Below are positions 25,270-37,245 of a stretch of 64,000 nt of DNA, piece by piece (within the stretch, counting starts at the first letter, position 1; each line of letters opens with the position of its first letter). The notes under the pieces were generated by a model. It made no database searches and was not told the DNA's origin. It saw nothing but the letters and a program-made list of their open reading frames with translations. Both the position numbers and the translations under genes were made by a program. The stretch spans positions 92,814,001 through 92,878,000 of the forward strand of contig JAGIQG010000002.1 of NCBI GenBank assembly GCA_024679065.1, written 5' to 3'. Source of the stretch: Sphyrna mokarran (lineage: Eukaryota).

Positions 25270-26462
25270 TGGAAAGGGTCCAGATTCAGTCCAGACTGAT
25301 TACTGTAGCAAAATTACCTTGCTTTTACGTTTATGCAGGAGAAACACCAAGTGCCCACTCCTGATCACAATCCAGAGAGTCTGACAAATTTTGGGAACTC
25401 ATTACTACCCAATAAGCAGCTCAAATTGCACTTCAACATGTGTGACCCTAAACAATGTATGCAAGCAGGCTACTGAAGAGCAGTGACCTTTGTTGTAGTC
25501 CTCTCTTGTGCTCTCTCCAGACTTGCACAAATTACTTCCAAGGAGATAGCATTCAGGAGGATGAACCATGTGCTACTTCTTCCTATTGCTAAAGAAAGAG
25601 ATATTATGGTCTCACAATAACTCTTGACTGAAATTACAGAATAGAGCAGGATTAAATTAGATTTTCCTGCATTAATTAGTTCACTATCTTGCAGCACGTG
25701 CTGTTTGTTATTCTGGGAAAATATTGCACCGAAAATTTTGAGAAATTCTGTTGAGCTCAGCAAAACAAAATAAAATGAGAAATTTTAATTAGGAGTTTCT
25801 TGTTGGAAAACGTACTCCCTGCTTCCTGTCTGCAGGAGAATTGGAGACTGTTGATGTATGTAAAAAAACTAAACTGGGAGCGGATTTGTGATCTTGGAGT
25901 TAGAAATCAAAATTAATTGAAATTTGAGATTGTTTATTCATAAAACATTGATTTATTGGACTAAAGCATTATCATAACAGTATAGCAAAGAATTTGAGCG
26001 GATGGTCGGGGGAAGGATACATTAATGAGGATTAATCACTGTAAATGAAACACTTTTCCATTAATCTCATTTTTCATGTTAATGTAACCTGTTGCAAGCA
26101 CCTCTGGGAAACCGTATCAATATTAATTTGGTCTACATGATATTTTCCCACTTATCTGGTGAATATGATCTTCCTTTTGTTTCTTGTTGTCTATTTAAAA
26201 ATAAAAGAAGTTGGAACTGTAGGAATGATGAACTTCTTTGAAATAAAGGGCATATTCCTTCATTTTCCCTAGTCGCCCTTGTTATGGTTGTGAGTGTGTT
26301 TTATCACAGAAACATTCGTCTGGGATTTTTATTGTTGTCTTACAATCAACAGCAGCAAGTTGTTTCAAAATAAATTAACCACTTCTCTCCCATTTTGCAG
26401 AATACGTATTGCATTTGTAACCTGTTGTATATTGGTTTAGTATCTGAAGTGCTGAATTTTGA

Positions 26463-27193
26463 AAAAATTTTTTCATGGAATGTGGGCTTTGCAATCAAGG
26501 CTCACGTTTGTTGCCCATCTGTAATTGAGAGGATGGTGATGAGCCATCTTCTAGAACCTATGCAGTCCATCTCGTGCAGTGCAGTCTTGGTGCTGTTAGG
26601 AAAAGGGTTCCATGAATTTGATCCTGCAACAGTGAAAGAACAGTGATAGGTCAGGATGGTGTGTGGCTTGGATGTGGACTTGCATGGGTGGTGTTCCCAT
26701 GCATCTGCTGCCCTTGTCATTCTAGGAGGTTAGAGACTATGGGTTTGGAAATTGCTGTCGAAGAGGTCCTGATGAGATGCTGAAATGCATCTTCTTTGTT
26801 GTATATACTGTTCCCACTGTGCATCAGTAATGGAGGGTGTGAATGTTGATGGTGATGGATGGGGTGCTGATCAAGAGACTGTTTGTATTATATGGTGTTG
26901 AGCTGCATCCATCTGAGAAAATGGAGAGTATTCCATCACACTCTGACTTGTGCACTGTAGATAGTGGACAGACTTTGAGCAATCAGGAAATGAATTACTC
27001 ACCACAGAAATCCCAGTTTCTGACCTGCTCTTGCAGCCACACCACTTATGGCTGGTGCAATTCTGTTTCAAGTCAATGCGAACCCCCAGGAATGTTGTTG
27101 AAGTGGGATTCAGCAATGGTAATGCAATTGGATATCGTGGGGAGATAGTTAGATTCTCTGTTTTTGAAGATGGTCATTGCTTGACAGTTGTGT
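26463..27193 (-). mobile_element. LINE family B 3' end
   Basis: Reverse strand has SVMEYSPFS, VAGSNSWN.. and tail ..GATGGGCAACAAACGTGAGCCTTG..CCCACATTCCATGAAAA. Confidence 0.88.
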
Positions 27194-28065
27194 GAAAAGG
27201 AAGGGAAAAGTCTCATTTGCTGTTGTACTGCACAAGCAGAATTCTTTTTAAAATTTGATTCACCAAACAGATGAGTGTTTTCTATTGTGGAGAGGCCTTT
27301 TCTTGTGCTCTGACTGAATCAGCAGATGTGGGTGTGCTCACATAGGGTTGAAAAGACTAGTGTGTTGGATATTACATTTGAACTAATACCAAATCAGATA
27401 TCTGGTTTCTCTGTAGTTGAATTTATCTAAAGTGAAAGCTTTTGTTATCCTTACATCAATTAGCCCAATTTTAGATAGTTTCCTGAAGCGTGAGACTTGG
27501 CAATGGCAAATGAACACAGTGGCAGTCAAGATACCATGGTCTCAATGATTATGATATTATCAAATGTATAGTTTGCACACCCAACCTATGAAGTTGAGGT
27601 TATTAAACTGCCGCTACTCATTGGATCATATCATCTGAAAGCCAAATGATATTTACTTTGTTTATATTGTGATTGACATTTTTTTTAATTGGGAATTTAT
27701 GAAGCATTATATTCTGGTTGATGACCATTCTGAAGTCTGTCTTGCATCATTCAGATTAGGTCCATTTTATTACAAAGGCTGTATTTGACAGCAATTCTCA
27801 AGAACTTTCAAAATGTATTTTATGTTTGAGGTTAGAGGTTTTCCAGCTGGAAAATGAAATTCCTTCTGATTATTTTGGCTATTGCTGGCACTAAGCATTT
27901 CCAGTCAGATGCAGCAGAGCTTTATGCAAAATAAAGCCTCACGTTATCCACTTCAATCAAATATCCAGCATCAACTTCAGAAAAACACTCCCTAATAAGT
28001 TTCTGTGATGGGAATTCTATCAACATTGTGTCATTCCAATGGTGCAACTGGGCGTAATGGGTGAG

Positions 28066-28148
28066 GGGAAGGCAGTGGTATAAGGTAATGTCATTGGACC
28101 AGTAATCCAAAAGCCCAGGTTAATGTTCTGGGGACACAGGTTTGAATC
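28066..28148 (+). mobile_element. SINE-B tRNA-like head fragment
   Basis: GGCAGTGGTATAAGGTAATGTCATTGGACCAGTAATCCA..GGGGACACAGGTTTGAATC. Confidence 0.65.
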
Positions 28149-29199
28149 GATTTAATATAACAAAGCAGATTAGCACACATCATCTTTAAATGATAGTGAG
28201 CCAAGGTTCTTGTGTGCCACTGATTTAATTTTGAAGATAGAGCATAATTGGAAAAACAATACAGAAGAGCATATCCATAGCATGGAAATGTATTCCAAGT
28301 ACAAACTTGCCATAGGCTGACATAATGTTCAGTATGCCACAAACATGCTGCTCTCTTTATCTGTGCATCTTAGTCTGCTATTGGAAATCAAATTTGGCTC
28401 ATACTTAACTAAGCTACCGTGCATGCCACTTTTCCCACTCTTGAGGATCCACAGAGTTGACCATGTCTACATTCAATCCCTCCAACCATGATATCTACAA
28501 TGCAATTTCCCTATGCTTGTATAAGGATTGGATAGTGCTGTCCCACTTACTTTATAAAGGACAATTTCACCCGGAAAGAACATCAGCCTTTGGAGAACTT
28601 TGGAGGGAAAGGTCACAGTCCAGCCCATTGCATTATTCTGCTTCCCAAAAGCATAAGTTGAACATCCAGTTCAACTTTATCTGCTACTCACAGTGCATCA
28701 TATTGTAAGAGAATTGTATCATGCAAATAAGCTTATTCAAACAGATAAATGTTTCAGAAGATGCACTACATTGAGTATCACCTGGGTAAATAATGACATG
28801 AGATCAGGACTTCCCATATGAAAGCAAAATCAGAGTAAACATATCACAGGAACAGTTACAATCAGCATTCCATTCAGCAGAATGAGCAGCCACTATAGTA
28901 AAAAGGCTGGCTTGCAAATAAACTGCATTTGGAAGATTGGCTTGGATGGAGAAAAGTCCATTGGAGAATAAATACATTTTATTTAAATATCTTGGAAAAT
29001 CTCACAGGGGAAACATAATCATTGCTGTTAGATAGTGTCATTTATGGGAAAGTGTCATACTATTGAGTGCAAAATTAACGGTAAATTAGTGAATCCTTAC
29101 ACATAGCAAAGAGCTGTGTTTGAAGGTATCAAAGAGGAGTCCAGAATAAGATAAAACCTTCAAGCATAACTGCCTACTGAGGTGAGTAAAAGAATGAAT

Positions 29200-29592
29200 T
29201 CAAATTTATTTTGCATCTTTAATCTCCCTTAACACTTCACAGCCAATGAATTACTTTGAACTACATGTAGGGACACCTGGCAGCAAATTGGGATGCATCA
29301 GTGTGCCATAAAGAGTAGTAAACTAAATGAGAAGTGAATTTGTTTTAGTAATGCTGGTTGAAGAATGATATTGAGAGCACTATCTTCCTCTGCATATCAC
29401 CCTATGAAATTTCTTATACCTGAACAAGCAGGTGGGGCCTCAGATTATAGCCTCATCAGAAATTTGCCTCCATAACAATGCAGAACTACTCTGAAGTGTT
29501 CGTCCAAATTATATGGTTATCTCTCTAGATTTGGACTTGAACCCACAGCTTTCTGAAGCTATGGTGAGGTGAGAGTGTTACTACTGAAACAA
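29200..29592 (-). mobile_element. DeuSINE (SacSINE1-like), near full length and old
   Basis: Tail CACAGCCAATGAATTACTTTGAA, Deu core GGGGCCTCAG..CTCATCAGAA..CAATGCAG, and tRNA-like head GGACTTGAACCCACAGC..GAGAGTGTTACTACTGA on the minus strand. Confidence 0.75.
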
Positions 29593-31795
29593 GAATAATA
29601 TTGAATGGCATGTTGAAGGGTGTACACAGAATAAAATACAGATAAGCATGAGATGGTAAAATGAGAGCAAGATTTCTGGATTCACATCCTGGTGTTTATT
29701 TTACTTTTTCTTCCAACTCCATTTAATCCCAAACAGGGGTGTGAAAATATGGCCCTGTGCTTCAGGCAGATGGCAAATTAGGAATTATATATGGGAAGAT
29801 AAATAGAAACATCCAGTTTGTTTTTACGTGAACTTTTGTTAAAACAAAAACATTTTGTACAAGTACACGAGGATCATTTCCAGAGGCTAGAAGTGTTCCA
29901 GAGGTTGGTGCTCCAGTAAAAGAAGGACATACATTGGCTACAAGTAAAACAGGTAGTAGCCCCAAATAGAAACATTTGCAGTAACTTTATAGATACCTAT
30001 CTAAACAGCTACTTTCCATAAAAATGCAGATGAGGCCTGGTAGCTAAACAGCAATGTGTTGAACAGATTGAATTGGTAGTTTATCTATTCATTGAACAAT
30101 GGTCAGTCTAACTGTAGTATTATGCAAGGGAACCACAGCTATGTATGCCTGACTATTCCCAAATTGGACATTGTTATTGGCCAGTTTCAGTAGGTATTTA
30201 CCAAATTCTCCAAGTCCTTGGTTCACTAGGGCTATGAACCTGTCAATGTGCTAACACGCATCACTATAACTGACTGTCCTTTCATCGCCCAGGAGACAAA
30301 TTACCAGCCAATGGAGGTACTTGTGCAGGATAAATTGTTGGGTTTTGCTGTTATTTAACTAATCATGAATTAATTGCTGTATATAGATACTTTTTATGTG
30401 GTTGAAAATCATTTCTCTTTATTTCTTGCCTCTTGGTGCCTCAGTAGTGCCATTCAAATTGATAATGTGCATTGCAGTGATTGCCAGGGACATGGAAGAT
30501 AATGAAAGTTGATGAGACAACAAGGGATGATGATTTAACTGTTAATTGAAGGGATGTGCTATTCAGTTGGAGACTGACAGCTGCTAATGTCATTTCAGAG
30601 GAGACTTGTAAATTCAGGTGAAGTGCGACTGTGGGTTTGTTTTACAAATAGCATTTTCTGCTGCTAGGGTAGACATCCTAAATATGACTTTTGGTGTTTC
30701 CTTTAACTACAATGCTTTTCCAACCACTTTATCCTGAGAGTTTGCAACTCTTTCTCCTTTGACCAAGTACATTTTCCTTCATTGGAATATCACATTGATG
30801 TGTTTTCCAAATTTTAAGCAGCTTTTTTTCCACAGATCTTTTCAGGTCATTGATTCATATCTGACAACTTCATGGTGCTTTCACACTTTGTTCTTTATTT
30901 AAATAATGTTCGATGTCATGTGCATGACCTTCCAACACACTTTAGTATTAATGTGATTGCTTCAAAAAGAAATCTTACTGATCGGCAAACTTCTTTTGAC
31001 AAGAATAATTCAGATTGGCTGGAGTGTGAGAGTCTGTTTCCATCTAGATTCCTTTGCACCTTTTTACTTGTATTAATTAGCATAGTTTATAATATTTAAA
31101 GAGACTTGAAGGGGCAGTCATTTGGAATAATAACAACTGATTTTGATTAATTGTCTTAAAGTACCATCAAAGATGACTTTGCAGAGGGGTTTTCTAAGAG
31201 GAGGTGAGTAGTCAGTGTGACCTGTTGTCATTAGGGCAGTGCTTGTAACACCCCCCAGTCACATGATCAGCCACCTGGTCTTTACATTTCTTTTGAGGTT
31301 ATTTCATTGGGGATCTGAGTGTTTGTCTGTTTTTCCGTAGGTGTGAGGCTACTATGGCAGAAGTTGCTATTTTCTCCAGAGACCTTAAACCTTGCTATCA
31401 ACAATATAGTAAGAAAGCTTAGTTCTGGCTGCTTGACTGGTTCTAGCACCTATGAGGTAGTTTTCAGTGGGAATAGATGAGATTGCGCTGTCTGTGAAAA
31501 TACCTTTCAAATCCATGAAAGGTGTGAGCAGCTGCTTTGTGTATGAGCATAAGGAGATCTCTTTTCTAATTACAGACAGTGTGAAAGATGGGAATACAGA
31601 ATTTTCACCTTTTTCCAGTATTTGCTCATTTCCTTCCTGTTACACCAACATTTATGCAGGCAAGAGCACAATAACAAATCCTAAGATGCTTATCATTTAA
31701 ATATCTCTGCCTTTTTAAAGATTCAAACTGCCAACAATTGCAGGCAATCTCCCTAGGCCAAGCAATAACAACTTACACTTAATGCAAAACCCATT

Positions 31796-31834
31796 CCCCC
31801 CCCCCCCCCCCCCCCCGCCCCCCCCCGCCGCCCC
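31796..31834. repeat. Poly-C tract with G interruptions
   Basis: Seen directly in the sequence. Confidence 0.95.
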
Positions 31835-31874
31835 TCTCCACCACAAACCCCACCAGAGAAAATAAGTGGGTGGT

Positions 31875-31985
31875 AATGCCAGAGGGAGGGAGGAGATGCT
31901 GGAGTCAGAGGAATACAGATTTACAAGGAAGCTATAGAGCTGGTGAGGTTTACAGAAATTGGGATGAGTGAGTCTCTGATTGGTT
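31875..31985 (-). mobile_element. L2-like LINE fragment
   Basis: GAGTCAGAGGAATACAGA..GAGCTGGTGAGGTTTACAGAAATTGGGA resembles recalled antisense L2 3' ORF sequence. Confidence 0.45.
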
Positions 31986-31986
31986 C

Positions 31987-32140
31987 GAAATATAGGAAAT
32001 AAGAACAGGTTTAGGCCATTCGGCACATGTAGTTTGCTCCACTATCAAACATGTGATGGTTGATCATCTCCCTGTGATGCCATTTTTCCAACTGTGCTGA
32101 GATGTATTGGTGTCATTAGAAGAGTTTTAATTTTGAACCC
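31987..32140 (-). mobile_element. CR1 3' UTR fragment
   Basis: GAAATAAGAACAGGTTTAGGCCATTCGGC..TGCTCCACTATC..TGATGGTTGATC. Confidence 0.65.
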
Positions 32141-33196
32141 TTCAGGTGCTGGAAATGAAAGTGTAGCAATGGAACTATGGAATTGATACTTTTGGGGTGA
32201 GAGAAGGGATTAAAGCAAGAGAGACATTGGCTTCAGATAGATTAAACTGGAACCAAGTGAGAAAATGTTTTGCAGGAGGGTACCATGTTGAAGGGTGATC
32301 AAAGAATGATCATGCACCTCTCTCACATTTACAGAGTAGCAATACTAATCAATTTACCATTTAAAATATTAACCATAAAACAAAGGTTCAAAGAAAGCTG
32401 TAATCAAAAATTTATTGGTTTCTGCAAAATAGTTTTCTCCATTCCTGATGACAGTTTAGATCTGGTGCCATGTTAATGGCACCAGTGATATAACAGCTAA
32501 GCAGCCAATTATAATTTAATATTCACACAGCAAACAATGAAGTTATAAAAACTTGGGCCTGAGTTTCACAGAGGCAGGTGCCTATATAAATCAGCAATTA
32601 CCTTCACTGTAGTTAGATTTTGGTCTCACTGATGTCTCAAATACAATATGCATAGAATGAATTTGGTAGAATAGTTCTAAGCTTTGTTTGTTTTTGGACA
32701 ATCTGGTCACTCACTCCTTTAGAGAAGTGAAGGTACCCATGTGGAAAATGCTTTAAATTGTCTTAACTGTCTCAGAATTGGCAACAACTGAATTCAAACT
32801 GCTTTGCTTTGAGCAAGGGTGTAGGAGAGCGGATCTGATGGACTTGGTGGACATTACTTTTTTTTTTGCCCCTACCGTCTTGTGCATCCACGTGCCAGGA
32901 AGAATATGTGCTTGAAAAGGGCATGTTGCAATTCATATGGAAGAGGATACAAGATGGGCATGACCCACTCACATAGATGCCATAGAAGACAGTCAATATG
33001 AGCATCCGTAGGCCAGAGGGAGAGCAGAAAGTCACGCGGAACAGGCAGCACCACATGCACCAGGAAGAAAGAAGAGAGGCATGGCAGCTGGATACTACCT
33101 CAACATGACAGTACTGAAACGATGTTAAGTGATAGACTTATGTCACACAGTCCAGCAATATCTGTAGCTACATTCAATTGATCCTTGTGCCCAAGA

Positions 33197-33543
33197 GGTG
33201 GCACGATAGCACAGTGGTTAGCACTACTGGTTCACAGCTCCAGGACCCTGGGTTCAATTCTCGCTTGGATCACTGTCTGTGTGGAGTTTGCACATTCTGC
33301 TTGTGTTTGCGTAGATTTCTTCTGGGTGCTCCAGTTTCCTCCCACAATCAAAAGATGTGCAGGTTAGATTGATTGGCCAAACTAAATTGCCCCTCAGTGT
33401 CTTGAAATACATAGGTTAGAGGGATTAGCAGGTAAATATATAGGGATATAGGGGGCTAGGGCCTGGGTGGGATTACAGTCGGTGCAGACTCGACGGGGCA
33501 GGTGGCCTTTTTCTGCACTGTAAGGTTTCTATGATTTCTATGA
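33197..33543 (+). mobile_element. HE1-type V-SINE, full length, inserted in a Harbinger transposase relic
   Basis: Complete head, V core and tail ending GGTTTCTATGATTTCTATGA. Confidence 0.95.
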
Positions 33544-33545
33544 GA

Positions 33546-33761
33546 GTAGCTGTGAAGGTAACCAATGCTTTCAAATTTTATGCCTCTGGCTCTTTCCAGG
33601 CTTTAGTAGGTATACACCAGTCAGCAGCACATAGCTGCATTAACACTGTAACACTTTATTCATGGGATCACAATTTCCCTGTTGATTTGGCGTCTCAGCT
33701 GCAAAGAGCGAGAACCTTTGCCCATTTTGCAGGCTTCCCTCAGGTGCAAAGTGCTATTGAT
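33546..33761 (+). pseudogene. Harbinger (HARBI1-like) DDE transposase fragment
   Basis: VAVKVTNAFKFYASGSFQ..GIHQSAAHSCINTVT..RARTFAHFAGFPQVQSAID matches the HARBI1/Harbinger pattern FYASGSFQ..GISQS....CI..V..GFP.V.GAID, ending at the first catalytic Asp. Confidence 0.85.
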
Positions 33762-33764
33762 TAA

Positions 33765-33945
33765 ACATAAAAACTTAGAAAATAGGAGCAGGAGTAGCCC
33801 AATCCGCCCTTCGAGCCTACTGCTCTGTTCATTATGATTATGGCTGCTCATCCAACTCTTCAATCTGTTTCTGCTTTCCCCCCCTCACTCCCCCATGTTC
33901 TTTGATTCATTTAATTGTTAGGGAGATATCAGATTCTTCCCTGAA
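33765..33945 (-). mobile_element. CR1 3' UTR fragment (truncates the transposase)
   Basis: AGAAAATAGGAGCAGGAGTAGCCCAATCCGCCCTTCGAGCCTACT. Confidence 0.8.
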
Positions 33946-33954
33946 AACGGAGAG

Positions 33955-34790
33955 GGGCTGATTCTCCCAGCTTTAGCAGTGCAGTGAGTCAGCAGACTCA
34001 AATGGAGGCCGTTCCCACAGGCTCCCCACTGGATGCCACGACCTCAACAAGTCTTTGGCAGCCAGATTTCTGGCTCTGTCAACTCCATACAAGAAATCAG
34101 CGCAGCAATGCACCATTTATTTAAATCTTCATTTGAACGTATATAAAATCTAATTAGCGGGCCTAGGACTGAAGTTTCTGGGCCCGCTAACCTCTTTCTC
34201 CCTGCCAGGAGTGTTTTACTCCAGCGGAGTTTACAACAGGTCCCTACAAGTAGGGCACTGGTGGCCTGACCATGCTGGAGTAAAGGGAGGAGACATTGAG
34301 GCACCCCAATGGGTTGTGGAGAGGGGGGGGGTGTTCTTTGGGCATTGCCAGCTTGGCAGTGCCAGCCTATCCCTTGGCACTGCCCATGAGCAAAGTGGTA
34401 ATGCCCAGGAAACATCTTTGGCTTTAGGCATGCCAAGGAGGGGGGAAGGGGGGGGGGGTTGTAATAGGGGTGGGGCCCACTTGGGTCAAGGCTTCTGGAG
34501 GTAGAAAAATGGAGGTGGGGCTCTTGCTGTCATTCTGCAGTTAGGATCATGAGCAGAAAGAGAGAGGCCAGCGATCGGGGCTGGCCATTATTTGGGTTGG
34601 GGGGGATGTGGGAGTTGTTGATCAGTGCAGGGGGGATGTCAAAGTTGGCTAGACATTCCGGGGGGTGATTAGCGATCAGACTGTGGAGGGGTGGGGCGTT
34701 TTGTGTGCCAGCAATATGGGGATTGTGGAGCTGGCCAACGATTGAGCTGCCAATAGCAGACCAGCTGGGAGCCATGACCATGTAGCCTGC
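33955..34790. mobile_element. GC-rich non-autonomous DNA element (GGGCxGATTCTCCC-end family)
   Basis: Starts GGGGCTGATTCTCCC; interior GGCACTGCCC/GGCAGTGCC motifs are shared with 47157-48089, 50530-51275, 55331-56482 and 58530-59010. Confidence 0.6.
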
Positions 34791-35269
34791 CTGAGAGGAT
34801 TATAGCAAGATGTGTCCTTGTGCAAAATCAATTGCTAAAGATCCTCCAATTCCACTTGCCATTAGCCAGTCGGAGCATCTTGCAAATAAAGATTCTTTTA
34901 CACTGAAGCCACAATTACTGGGGAATACCCGTCTCCCATAGGGGAGAGAATCAATGAGCTTGATTTGGTTCCATTAAAATGGCTGCATCCCTCACCATCA
35001 TAATCATAAGTCTCATCATACTGCAAGCATTCATAATAAAAAAAAATCTTTTACAGCTGGTCTCCTTACATAATTGCCAGCATCTGTAGATGATGGACCA
35101 AAGCTGCCAACCTGTCCACAATCAAACCATGCTCACAGTGCTGAGAGTGACATGACATAGGATTTTACACACTCTATGCTGATAAGATGTGTCAGAAAAC
35201 ATGTTGATAAGATATACTATGCAGCATGTGGATGCAATATGCAATATTCCAGACTTCTGTAAATCTCTG

Positions 35270-35450
35270 CTTGTCTTGCCTGTGGCCTGGCATCCAGCAA
35301 TGCTGCCAAGTCTTAGGTGGGTGTCATTCCAGCTGGAGCTACCATCTTCCCATTGCGCTGCCTTTCAATAGTGCTGCTGTCAACGGGCAAGACATCCATC
35401 CTCATGGGCCTTGATTCCAGGGAAGGCCTGTCTCTGGACTGTCAAGTGCC
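35270..35450 (-). pseudogene. Possible Harbinger ORF2 Myb/SANT (NAIF1-like) relic
   Basis: Reverse strand gives RMDVLPVDSS.. and PKTWQHCWM, compared with PRTWIQGCKK at 38860. Confidence 0.4.
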
Positions 35451-35571
35451 TGAGCGACACTCAGTACTGCCAACCTTCTTAAATGAGACAACGTGGGGCT
35501 CACGCTGGCTTTTAGCTTTTTGATTGAGGCCTGCATCTCCTCTGTTAAATACTACCCTAAGAGGTTTTATA

Positions 35572-35695
35572 CATCAGGAAAGAATGAATAGACTGGGGCT
35601 CTTTTCGGGAGGAAGAGATGACTGAGGGGGTGACCTGATAGAAATGCTTGAGATACTAAAGAGATACTAATACTACATTAACAAGGTAAATGTAG
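35572..35695 (+). mobile_element. CR1 fragment, left part (interrupted by solo LTR B)
   Basis: QERMNRLGLFS..GDLIEMLEIL..INKVNV. Confidence 0.85.
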
Positions 35696-36925
35696 TATTA
35701 TGAAACAAAGGTAGTTGAGTAAGTTTAATTTTGTGTTTCTGTATCAGAAAGGTGTGATAACCCCTATGAGTCCCATAAGGAGATCAGTCACCTACTCCCT
35801 ATGAATCTCATAGCAGTTAACACAAAAGGACTAAAGCCCCTTCATGTTAAACAAAGGTGCCTGCATGTTTTTGGATTTTGGTTTTATTTTAAATTGAATT
35901 GCATTGTAATTAAGGGTTTATGATGTGAAAACAAACATAATTTAAGGAGACTGGGCTATTGCTTAGCAACTATAGGCCCACACTGAAATGCATATGCACT
36001 CATGCTTCAGTTTGGAAGCAGATACTTGAGAAGGAAGCAGCTGTAACAGAAACTGCCAGTAGAGAGGCAGGACAATGGAGTAATATGCAGGAAGCAAGTC
36101 CAAAAAGCTAAATAAAAGAGTTCTAGATATCAGGGAAAGCAAGAGAAAATTGATGTTAAAGGAACAAAAGACAAGTTGAATAATGTCCTGTTTGGCAGAA
36201 TTCAAGTAAAAGGCAAATAAAGTGCTCTTAGTCAAAGATACAGTTTCAATAGCTAGATTTGAACTGTGAAACCAGACATGTGAGGTAAATCAAAAGTTTG
36301 GTAACATCTTAGTGCAACCTGTGAAGCTGTCATGTTCTTTTGATATTGTGTGGAAGTTTCAATGAACATGGTAGTTCAGAGCAGAGGAATACTGAAAGGA
36401 GAGATTGAAATCATGGAAGTAGATCTTGATGAAAGCATCTGAGAGAGAACTTAATTTCGCTAAGGCATTTTTTTCAAGAACAGAGTTTGGAAACACTTGT
36501 GTGAAATTGGAGTTCCAATGAGACCAATTGACTGTTAGTGAGAAAGAGGGAGGGGGGGATTTGATGAGAAATCCATATAAATTATATTGAGTGGCATCTG
36601 ATATTTGATTTGAGTGTGGCATATCTGATCATATTTGGCCTGTTGGTTTATGTAGACTGTATACTTAGAGAATATTACAATATAAATTATATTTTGCAAT
36701 TTGCAATATCTTTAAAAACATGTATATATCTAAAAATATAGGTGAAGTGAAGGAGAAATTTATTTTTGTCAATTGTTTTATGTCTAATAAATGTTTTCTT
36801 CTTTTGTTCAAAGTTAATTGGCAATCCAATGATTCCTTTCATCCACATCTCTAAAAACATAGAGGTTACGGTCTATTGAGCCAAGGTTCCATTATCCGGT
36901 AATAATATTAGCTCAGATTATAATA
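35696..36925 (+). mobile_element. Solo LTR B (1230 bp) with 4-bp TSD GTAG
   Basis: GTAG at 35692-35695 and 36926-36929; termini TATTATGA...TTATAATA; AATAAA at ~36786. Removing the insert restores CR1 AAG GTA AAT GTA GAG AAA ATA TTT (KVNVEKIF). Confidence 0.8.
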
Positions 36926-37245
36926 GTAGAGAAAATATTTCTATTCACTGAAGACTAAAACTAATGCTGTAAATATTGATGACCATTGTTAAATTTGATA
37001 GGGAATTCTGGAGAAACTTCTTTCTCCAGAGAGCAATTACAATATGGAATTTACTACCATAAGGAGTATTTGAAGTGAATTGTCCATATGCATTTAAAGG
37101 GAAGTTAGATAAACACTTGAGTGATAAAGGAATAGTGGGCAGTGTTGTTAGGGTTAAGTGAGGGGAAAGCTTGTATGAAGTATAAACATTGGCATAAATC
37201 CGTTGGACCAAGTGACCTTTTTCATACATCCTTTGTTAAATTCAA
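36926..37245 (+). mobile_element. CR1 fragment, right part with 3' UTR
   Basis: VEKIF..REFWRNFF..IWNLLP..AFKGKLDKHL followed by a 3' UTR. Confidence 0.85.

Noticed and set aside
30293-30316. 24-nt microexon (CAG|GAGACAAATTACCAGCCAATGGAG|GTACTT)
   Set aside because: Weak donor and modest pyrimidine tract; such patterns are expected by chance in 64 kb.
33197-33270. tRNA gene (A and B boxes)
   Set aside because: It is the tRNA-derived head of an HE1 SINE, continuing into the V core and LINE tail; the same applies to the other A/B-box hits.
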